From Tubulanus polymorphus (lineage: Eukaryota > Animalia > Nemertea), in assembly GCF_964204645.1 (NCBI RefSeq), contig NC_134029.1, positions 9,140,850 to 9,204,849 of the forward strand: a stretch of DNA of 64,000 nucleotides, in the 5' to 3' direction. This document shows, in pieces, positions 48,601-58,274 of the stretch. The position numbers and the translations under genes were made by a program. Under the pieces are notes generated by a model that had not been told where the DNA came from, ran no database searches, and was given only the letters and a program-made list of their open reading frames with translations. The number at the start of each line of letters is the position of its first letter. The stretch's first letter is position 1.

Positions 48601-51600
48601 ACCTAAGAAAATAGAAAATAAAAACGCTCAAAATTGCTGAGATTTTGCCGAGCAAAATATTCGGCTTGATTCAAATTGCGCCAGTATTGGACTGTAGAGT
48701 CGGTTAGGGTAGATATACAAATTAACCAAATATCAAGACCATACATAAAAGCGTATTGAAAACTTCCCAAGAAAACTGTATTCCGTCTTTCTGTCTACAA
48801 ACAGACAGACGGACGGACGACGGACAAGTATAGGACATAAGTCCCAAGTGGGCTAAAAAGATTGGCAGAGAATATGACAAAGAAATAAACAATGAATTTG
48901 ATTGGATGAGCAGGTTATAGTCGTAATTTTACTCGATATTTCTCTAATTGATAATTTCTTATCATTATAACGCGTACCGTTTGCTCCGGTAGGAGTGGAT
49001 TCCAAAAATATCGAGTCGACGGTTCCACACCTCTTCGGTCCAATTGTTGTAGCTGCACACGGTGGAACATAACTTGAACCTTTTATTTAAACAAAATAAA
49101 TTTAGACACAGGTATGCATGCATACGTGGTTTTTTTCAAAGCCACTTAATTGTTGTAAACTTGTTCCACAAAATTCATGAAATGTTTTTACAGCTGAACT
49201 TACATTTTTGCGGATAGTTTGCAATGACGATGGAAACCGAAAATCTATAAGTAGCTATGGATTTCTCAATGGATATAGTTTGCCCTGTGGTCGGTAACTG
49301 TCCCGACAGTTCCGTGTAGAATGTGCGGGCGTTGGTGTCAGGGGAAAATCCAACGGATCCCGTATTCGGCATCATTATTCCGATGTATTCTCCGCCTTTC
49401 AGTTTTATTGGGTTGTTCCAGTCTGTTACTGAAATCTAATTCAAACCAGAAAATATGAGTGCATGGGTAATACTCCAGGAAGTAAACTGCTTAAATGCTT
49501 GATAATCTTTATTATACATCTAAACTGAAATCTTGATTAACATTTCAGGATCAAAGCACCAAAATGCCGATTAGCAATTACCTCGTGTTCTCCTACGCTG
49601 GGTGCAGTGAATTCAAGATCTTGAATCAGCATCCTCGAGGTAGTCAATTGATTGTTGCCGGTATTTTTCCAAATCTGGAAATGTGCCGAGACGTTTTTGA
49701 CCGCCATATACGCGCTAAAACTGCACACGTAGCCCTCGGGTAGTGGGTAAGAAGCTAGCACATAAATGAAAGAACCGCTCTGAGAAGGGTTTCCTTTCAC
49801 GACTGGATTGCCATGTGTGGACACTGAAATATCATTGACATTTATCAAAAAGTCATTTTCCATTTGTCAGTGTATGCGATGCCAACAATGATCTTTTTGT
49901 CATACCTTTGGCATCCACGGGAATGGAAGGCGACGAACACGTAGATGCGGTGGATGAACTACTTGGATCGGTTCCTTGCGGTGCAGTACTGGCAGGGGAT
50001 GTTAACTGAGTTGGTTTCACTGTGCTGCTGGCTACATTTGGAATTTTGGTTGTACTAGCCGCCGATGGGGTTGAAGGTAAAGCTGTGCTGGTAAGTATCG
50101 TTGTGGGTGCCATTGCAGTAGTAGCCGGAGGTGCTGCACTGGTCATCGGTGTTGTTGAAAAGGTTGGCGCAGGTGAAGTAGCTGAAAGAACAGGGAATGA
50201 ATTTACGTCACTGAAAATAGGATCGAAGCTTTTTAGTCAACAAATTGCCAAACGAAAGAACCAATTTGCATCAATATGCATTCAATTGAAAATTCTCAAC
50301 GGATTTTTATCATGCTTAGCAAAATATGTAACTTCGTTATCGATGCCGAATACTCACGACAAGGGGGATCCACATAGCCTTTGCCTAAAATAAATGAAAT
50401 TAATAAAATGATCTAAATTGGAAAACAAACTTGGTAAAATGTGTTATCCATCCATATCTACTTACAAAGTTTAGGGTGTGGTGCAATATTGACCGAAACT
50501 GAAAACATGTAAACTAATGTAGAAGTCGATACGGCAACGTTTTGTCCCACTTGTGGTAGACTTGTTGAAAATGTATACTCTCTATAGTAACTAGGTTGGA
50601 AGGATGGTGCATAAGCAACTGAGCCAGACTTTAAACTTGTCAAACCTAAATATTCACTACCGCTTAATTTGATCGGATTGCTCCAATCTACCGGAACCTT
50701 GAATATAAAATGAAACAGCCCCGATAAGTAAAGCTAAAAGACATCTTTTTCGTTTACAGAATGATAGAGAGAAACCAGTGAGTATAAATTCGAATGGTAG
50801 TTTATCATGTTTAAAATCTTGAACTTACCTCATGAACACCGGGTGTTTCAAACTTAAATTCTCTCTCTGCGAGTAAATTCCAAGTAGGTACTGCGCCTTT
50901 GAATATTTGAATTCTTGCCACGTGATTATTCTTGGTGTATACATTGAAATAACACACGTACCCAGCCGGAAGTGGTAAAGATGTTAACACGTAAGTAAAA
51001 TAGCCATCGTTTACTAGACTGTTTGCATCGACAACCGGATTTCCAACATCTTTGGCTGGAAATGAACATTTAAATTGTTTAAGCTAAAGAAAATAAACCT
51101 AAAAAAGAAAATAAACTAAAAACGAATGAGCTATATTACCTGATTTGTTAGGTGGAACGGGTTCTGTTGAAACTGGACATGTTTTGCCGTTAGCTGGGGT
51201 CGTGTTAATTGTAGAATCTGTTTGAGTTGAAGGGTTGGAAGTAGTGGTAGCTGGTTGAATTGAAGGTTGCTCTGTGCTCGCTGTTCTTGATGTAGTGGCA
51301 GCCGGTTGACTTGAAGGTTGTGCTGTACTCGCCGATTGTGTGGAAGGTTGTGTTGGACTCGCCGGTGTGGAAGGTTGTGTTGTACTTCGTGGCTGTTCAG
51401 ATGAAGCTGGTTGTGTTGTGCTAACTTGCGTTAGAAGAGTTGGCGCAGCTGTGGTCGTTGCTGAAATGGAATGTAATGGAAGAAAGCGGTGATGAATATT
51501 TCAGTTCTGTGTGTAGGTTGACAGTAACTTGCTTTGGCGCACTAGACGGCTCAACACGGGTTTTCAAAGAGGTTTTTTTCTTAGAAAATATCAACCACAA

Positions 51601-54600
51601 TGATAGATTTTGATCAGACAAAAATAACATAATTGTACAAAACGACCTGAAACGAATTAATACTCACGACACGGAGGATCGACGTAGCCTTTACCTAAAA
51701 CAAATAAAACCAGTTAGAATAGATAAAGAAACTTCGCAATATCACAATATCAACCCATATTTACTTACAAAGTTTAGGATGCGGAGCAATATTGACAGAA
51801 ACTGAAAACATGTAAACTAATGTAGTAGTCGATACGGCAACGTTTTTTCCCACTTGTGGTAGACTTGTTGAAAATGTATACTCTCTATAGTAACTAGGTT
51901 GGAAAAATGGTGCATAGGCAACTGAGCCAGATTTTAAACTTGTCAAACCTAAATATTCACCACCGCTTAATTTGATCGGATTGCTCCAATCTACCGGAAC
52001 CTTGAATGTAAAATGAAACAGCCCCGTTAAATAAAGCTAATAATAGAAATCGTTTTCGTCTACAGAATTATGGAGAGAAACCAGTGACTATAAATTCGAA
52101 TGGTAGTTAATCATTTCAAAATTTTGAACTTACCTCATGAACACCGGGTGTTTCGAAACTAAATTCTCTCTCTGCGAGTAAATTCCAAGTAGGTACTGCG
52201 CCTTTGAATATTTGAATTCTCGCCACGTGATTATTTTTGGTGTATACATTGAAATAACACACGTATCCAGCCGGAAGTGGTAAAGATGTCAACACGTAAG
52301 TAAAATAGCCATCGTTTGCTAGACTGTTTGCATCGACAACCGGATTCCCAACATCTTTGGCTGGAAATGAAAATGTAAAGAACAGAAGATTTCAATATTC
52401 AATGCCACATGAAGAACATATTGATAAGGCAATGAACTTAAAACTCACCACAGTTATAGAACATGTCTCTAGCTACAATTATGCAATTGATTGTGGTTAC
52501 AAAATGTGCACCAATACAATATGAAAATACTAAGTGATTCAGCTATTTAACACTCTCTAGTGACCATATACAAAAACCAATGACCTTGAAACTCATCACA
52601 ATCATGGAATATGGCACAAGCTACAATTTTGCAATTCATTGTGGCTACAAAATATTCCTGGGTACAAATACAATATGAAGATAGGAATTTATTCGGCTAT
52701 ATAGCACCCCCTGGTGACCATATGAGAAAAACCAATGACCTGAAAACTCTTCACCATCATAGAACATGTTACGAGCTACAATTCTGCAATTGATTTTGGT
52801 TACAAAATATCCATAGGTATCCATGTAAATAGGAAAACTGTATATAATTCAATATTCAAATCCCTGGTGGCGGGAACGAAAACCTGGTTAACCCCAATAT
52901 CGCGCGACGAGATGAATACTTCGAGAGTGATACTATCTATCAAATATCAAAACTATAAGTCAAAACCTGTCGATATTTTCTACAAAATACCTTTTTCTAT
53001 CTACAAATGACGACTGATGAAACTAAGATGGCTGCTGATTGTGCCTCGCTTGGCTGATCAAAGAATCTGTCTGATATATTTAAGAGCCGTTCTCAAAGTA
53101 TAAGCAGCAAGAATTTCAAGGAAACCAAACCATTTGAGAGCTACAGGTGTCGGAATTCAGCTGGCCGGTTCCCCAGTTGAGACTTAGGTCCAAAAATGGT
53201 CTTAAATCTTAAGACTGGTCTTAAGTTGTTAGATCGGCTATAGAACTTAGATGGTCTAAAATTGGTCTTAAGTCTAAGCTATGATAATGGAACTGGGCCC
53301 GGGCAAAAATGACTTTTTGGGCACAAGAAAGGCACACGATTGCCATCTTATGTCCGATCGACCCAATTTTTCTCATGCTAATGCATCATGGGGGAGGGTT
53401 ACAAACACATGTGGAAGATCAAGATAATTGATCAAAGCGATTTCAAAATTGTCCCTTGAAAACTACACAAATGTGTAAAAAGTGCTGATTTTGGTGGACA
53501 AGAAATGGCTGCCAGTCGGCCATCTTGATTCTGATCGGGCCAGTTTCCGTGAAGAAGATGTAGCTAGGTTAGATGCATGTATAAACCAAAGATCAAGACA
53601 ATACATTGAAGCGTCTTCAAACTCCCCAAAATAGCTGCATTCCGTCTACGGACAGGCGGACGGACGGACGGACGAACAGACGGACGAAAAGTGAACCCAA
53701 TAGCTTGCTGGGAGTCGCAAGTGGGCTAAAAAGAATGTAGCTATTTTACCTGATTTGTTAGGTGGAACGGGTTCTGTGGAAACTGGACATGTATTGGAGT
53801 TGCCGTTAGCTGGGGCAGTGGAAATTGAAGAATCTGTTTGAGTTGAAAGTTTGGAAGTAGTGGTAGCAGGTTGACTTGAAGGTTGTGCTGTACTCGCTGG
53901 TTTTGCAGTAGTGACAGCCAATTGACTTGAAGGTTGTACTGTACTCGCTGGTTTTGCAGTAGTGACAGCCGATTGACTTGAAGGTTGTGCTGTACTCGCT
54001 GTTTTTGTAGTAGTGACGGCTGGTTGACTTGACGGTTGCGCTGTGCTCGCTGGTTTTGTGGTAGTTTCAACCGGTTGACTTGACGGTTGTGCTGTACTCG
54101 CCGATTGTGTGGAAGGTTGTGTTGTACTTCGTGGCTGTTCAGATGAAGCTGGTTGTGTTGTGCTCACTTGCGTTAGAAGAGTTGGCGCAGCTGTGGTTGT
54201 TGCTGAAATGAATGGTAATGGAAGAAAGCGGTGATGAATATTTCAGTTCTGTGTGTTGGCTGACAGCAACTTGACGGCTCAACACGGGTTTTGAAAAATT
54301 TTTTGTCAAATGTCAACCACCATAATAAATTTTGAAACCGACAAGAATAACATAATTGTACAAAAAGACCTGAAACGAATTAGTGTTTGATACTCACGAC
54401 ACGGAGGATCGACGTAGCCTTTACCTAAAACAAATAAAACCAGTTAGAATAGAAAAGGAAACTTCGCAAAATCGCAATATTAAACCATATCTACTTACAA
54501 AGTTTAGGGTGTGGTGCAATATTGACAGAAACTGAAAACATGTAAACTAATGTAGTAGTCGATACGGCAACGTTTTGTCCCACTTGTGGTAGACTTGATA

Positions 54601-55436
54601 AACGTGTATATTCTCTATAGTAACTAGGTTGGAAGAATGGTGCATAGGCAACTGAGCCAGACTTGAAACTTGTCAAACCTAAATATTCACCACCGCTTAA
54701 TTTGATCGGATTGCTCCAATCTACCGGAACCTTGAATATAAAATGAAACAGCCCCGAAAAATAAAACTAAAAGACATCGTTTACAGAATTATGGAGAGAA
54801 ACCAGTGAGTATAAATTCGAATGGTAGTTTATCATGTTTAAAATTTTGAACTTACCTCATGAACACCGGGTGTTTCGAACTTAAATTCTCTCTCTGCGAG
54901 TAAATTCCAAGTAGGAACTGCGCCTTTGAATATTTGAATTCTTGCCACGTGATTATTTTTGGTGTATACGTTGAAATAACACACGTATCCAGCCGGAAGT
55001 GGTAATGATGTCAACACGTAAGTAAAATAGCCTTCGTTTACTAGACTGTTTGCATCGACAACCGGATTCCCAACATCTTTGGCTGCAAGTACAAATAACG
55101 AGTTTAATTTTAGGGAATGTGCTCTTGATTATACCCGTACATTATGGTAACTACAGAATGTACGCTTAAAATCCGAAAATGAGTAAGCTGACGATGTTAC
55201 TTTACCTGATGTGTTTGGTGGAACAGGGTCTGTAGTAACGGGACACGTTTCAGTTCCTGTAATTGTTAATACCGAAAATTCAATTATCATTTTATTCATA
55301 CGTACAGATGCAGATCGATGATTTTGATTTGAATTATATGATATTTCCAATTACCGTTTGCAAATGCATTCAAAAACGTGATCAACAGTAAAGTGCGTAT
55401 AAAAAGACTATAGCACCGCGAAAAACGAGTTGCCAT
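33602..55436 (-). CDS. Uncharacterised giant type I membrane protein (~3,046 aa, 49 exons): signal peptide, 13 repeats of an unassigned ~150-aa domain with mucin-like linkers, 49-triplet collagen, EGF x2 + truncated EGF, TM, cytoplasmic tail
   Basis: Frame-consistent GT-AG exons (minus): 55436-55355, 55256-55206, 55082-54856, 54730-54499, 54424-54398, 54202-53750, 52360-52134, 52000-51769, 51694-51668, 51460-51140, 51055-50829, 50697-50466, 50384-50358, 50181-49906, 49823-49582, 49435-49204, 49079-48978, 47583-47342, 47233-46984, 46694-46647, 46558-46367, 45351-45119, 45033-44802, 44187-44161, 43961-43908, 43735-43670, 43361-43141, 42887-42644, 42558-42338, 42235-41992, 41860-41640, 41533-41290, 41161-40941, 40822-40579, 40423-40364, 40145-39898, 39408-39120, 38977-38945, 38018-37759, 37212-36999, 36899-36616, 36240-36015, 35740-35598, 35497-35290, 35129-35010, 34851-34732, 34635-34513, 34334-34218, 33876-33602. 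Total 9141 nt, a multiple of 3. Signal peptide MATRFSRCYSLFIRTLLLITFLNAFANG; TM MFIALIVWAILLSLGCFILLLVILC. Confidence 0.85.
34218..34851 (-). CDS. EGF-like exons of the giant gene (two complete, third has only four Cys)
   Basis: KCGNNNGGCDHLCIDQFPWFQCKCNPGYKLQEDGKTC; DVNECNMYNGGCTRTC...CSCGKGFTLSDNNKTC; DIDECESPSRCKASEICMNFEGTSTCYAP. Confidence 0.92.
35010..35740 (-). CDS. Collagen triple-helix exons of the giant gene (13+23+13 = 49 uninterrupted Gly-X-Y)
   Basis: GGP GAT GAT GDA...GAQ | GAS GVK GEQ...GIK | GVT GNR...GPP GAF, counted codon by codon. Confidence 0.92.
40579..43361 (-). repeat. Four tandem ~700-bp two-exon units (domains 7-10 of the giant gene)
   Basis: Exon pairs of 221 + 244 nt repeated four times with near-identical peptides (GGYLLAFNAYVTKGVPVAFQIWRPNGT; MPVESGDMLGFTSLGTQSPIA). 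Confidence 0.95.
45667..46200. mobile_element. TA-flanked MITE with long TIRs
   Basis: ta|tggtggctgataagggccatagcgtaaaa...ggtatgtaaatgagggcgccagaacgc is mirrored by ...ttttacgctatggcccttatcagccacca|ta. Confidence 0.85.
47644..47846. mobile_element. Small foldback/MITE remnant
   Basis: tgaataaccata...ataacgaacgttt..ggaac.cttcccctcgttaggtaca is mirrored by tgtacctaatgaggggaagtgttccc.aaacattcgttat...tatggttattca. Confidence 0.65.
47860..48859 (-). mobile_element. HINE/DINE-1-like element (same family as 7086-8370)
   Basis: Ends gacggacggacg...gtcccaagtgggctaaaaa (reverse of the family head) and begins atgcccactggaa (reverse of the 3' subTIR). Internal ccccctggtg repeats. Confidence 0.75.
52385..53732 (-). 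mobile_element. HINE/DINE-1-like element inserted in one intron of the triplicated unit
   Basis: Reverse complement of the 7086 family: (gacg)n and caagtgggctaaaaa at 53650-53732; ~154-bp units at ~52420-52870. Confidence 0.8.
53163..53299. mobile_element. Small MITE nested in the HINE
   Basis: ggccggttcc ... ggaactgggcc termini with internal gtcttaag repeats. Absent at the homologous position of the 7086-8370 copy. Confidence 0.65.
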
Positions 55437-57757
55437 GATTGAAAACCTACAAATTACAATGGGTACATGATAACAAATAAATACTTCTTCGACAAATTTT
55501 TCATCTACACCCATGGATGAACAATGAACTCAAATGGTAATTTGAAAGATGTTGAGATTTGTAAACAGGGTTATTACCATACCTCTTCTGGTGAATATGT
55601 GTTGACGTTACACATCCAACGAGGCAAAAATCAAAATCTAGTTTCTTACCTTGTTATCCTGTCCGGTGCGTCATTTATTACAATTAATCCAAAAAGTATT
55701 TGCGATGATGTTAGTCCATGTATATACATATATTACACACGTACAACATTTAGTCGACGCCCTACGACGTTTAGAAACGAGCACAATACCGCAGTACGAA
55801 GATCTGACGTGCCTGACCAGGTAAAACTGTCATGCTCGGTGAATCGTTACTGTCACTCGGCGCAATAGTCCTATTCGGAAACAATCACGCAATTAATGGT
55901 TGTTTAAAAATGTATGCGTCGCCATCGGTGGATCCGACTGGATTTTCCGTCGTCGAATCGGATTCAATTATCACGTTTTTGGTTGATTGAATAACATTGA
56001 CAGACAATTGCTACCACCTCAATCAACGAAGAACAATCTTCTTGCAAGATTTGCTTATTAAAAGGAATCGTACCAATATATACTGTAAATAGCCGTATGA
56101 AAACGACCTATCAAAAGATGAAATAATGAGGCAATTACCGTGTCACTAAACTTTGACAGTTCTAACCATTATCACTTAGCGGCCAAAAGGTTTGTATCAT
56201 CATTGATGGTGTAAGAAGAAAAGTATTTGAGAAAATAGCAGAGCGTTCTAATTTTCGTATTTATGGTCTTGGGGGGGGGGGGGGCTAGCTCTAAAACGAA
56301 TGCATTTCTAAAGAACCAGATAGTGAGTTTTTGACAATATCTTATCGTCATATCGTGTTGTGGGTTTGCGTTTAAAAAACTGGATCCACAATATGTTTTG
56401 TAGGCCAAGCATATTACATTAAATTGGCAGTCCAATTCAATGATTAACGCACATTATTCCTATTTTCACTCCGTTACGCGTTCTTAATGGGTGCGGTTAT
56501 GTTAAGCACGACTAACTTATAAAGGAAGACTGAATATATTGTTTTGTAAGACGAAAGCACGGGCAAAATGTGTGTACTGGAAAAGTACGTGGACTTATTT
56601 ATAATCGTTAGTAATCTTGAATGCACATCGTCCAGTAATATGGGTGTGCGGTATGAATTAATAAGTCATGTAAAGAATAACATATAACCAAAATCAGAAC
56701 TTTGTCTGTGGCTAGAATTATTAGTGGCTAGGCATAAGTTGATTTTTCGGAAAAACGTTTACGAAAAAATTGAAATTTGAAATGAATCCATATCCCAAAG
56801 GATATTGTGATGCATAAACTTGAGGTCGTCCTTTTATTTCAAATTCCGTGTTGTTTTCACGGCAACATGACTTCTTTCTTTTAACATTAAAATTTAAATT
56901 TTCATTTCTTCCATCTGTGCTTATGGCGGAAAAATCAAAATGAAAAAAAAAATCAATATGATGTCATCATAATTGCAAGTTATCTTTACGTATGCAACAA
57001 TCTTTATTTCATATTTCGTGCTGCTTTCGTGGCAACATGACAACTTTTCTTTTTGCGAACATTTCAAATATCCATTTCTTCTTTAGAGTATATATACAAC
57101 GTCAAAAGTTCACGACTGTTTTTCCATTCGATTTATCGTTTTTTTTTTTGTTCCATGGCAATGAATAAGGCCAAATTAACTCCGTGGCGATACATCAGAC
57201 CTTGGAGTAATCATTGAATGATTACTCAAAGATCAGAACAAAAAATAGAAATGTAAACTGAACTATGAATACAATACGTTCAATTCTTTATATAGTGGGT
57301 TCTGAACTTACCGGTATTATCTATTTTCCACGTTTGTGTGTGGCTATACAATTCTTTAACAAATGTTTTTCCCCAAAATATTCATTTTATTTCAGTATTC
57401 AATTAGATTTTCTGCTTTTTTCGGATATCAATGCCCAGTTTCCTATTTCTTGTCCTTTCATTGCGTGGCGTGGAGGGGGGACATGTGCGCATGTCGGTCT
57501 CAAAATAACAGCAATATCAAGTGGAGGGTTGAGGTGGTCTGGTACAGTCGTAATGAATCCATTTGTAAAAAACGTCGTGATAAACGATTTCCAGATAAAA
57601 AGCGATAATATCTTGACAGTAGCTGTTTTCGAGAAAGTTTTATTTACAAAAACAAGCAAGACATAAGTACAAAGCCTAGCTCACTTTAGGACACATGGTT
57701 ATTGCCAATATTCGCAGAATCAAAAGTTGGCACAATATCTTGGAATAAGCCAATTAC

Positions 57758-57761
<4 letters not shown>

Positions 57762-57788
<27 letters not shown>

Positions 57789-57800
57789 CATACATACGCA
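57762..57800. repeat. (CA)n microsatellite
   Basis: Directly visible. Confidence 0.95.
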
Positions 57801-58274
57801 TATTCTCAGACTAATCCATGTTTATTCATTAATATTGCGGAGAAGGATACGGAATAAACCAAAAAAAATACATTCAAGAATTTTGCCTAATGTATGCAAA
57901 TTATTTGAAATTCGGAAATACTTTTTTCAATAGATGTAAAATCTCAAGGACAACTATTTCATTTACGTTATATATTGATTGTCTCGGAATGATATATTAT
58001 TTGTATTGCAATGCGACTTCTATCAAAAAATAGTAATCATTATGTATATTGGTATCAAATTTATTGGTATAAGTTACATACTCGAATGTGTTGACCGAGA
58101 ATCACGGTGATATCACAGAACGTGCTTCGTCTTAGAAGACCGATAAAGGGCAGGGCCAAGTTCAGTTGAAGGTTAAATTTGACTAGCGGGGTCAAAATAG
58201 GAGAAGCTTTATTATCTGTCATTTGGCTTAGTCGAGTAATATTCCACAAATGTGTTAACTTTGTCGTCTATAGT

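Larger units (their letters stand above)
50358..55082 (-). repeat. Three near-identical tandem units (domains 1-3 of the giant gene; exons and introns duplicated)
   Basis: 227-nt, 232-nt and 27-nt exons plus a mucin exon recur at 55082-53750, 52360-51140 and 51055-49906. Intron sequence (gagaaaccagtgagtataaattcgaatggtag) is also shared. Confidence 0.95.

Noticed and set aside
56690-57700. ORFs 57265..57666 and overlapping frames
   Set aside because: No motifs; the region has internal ~170-bp duplications and looks like a decayed repeat whose ends I could not define.
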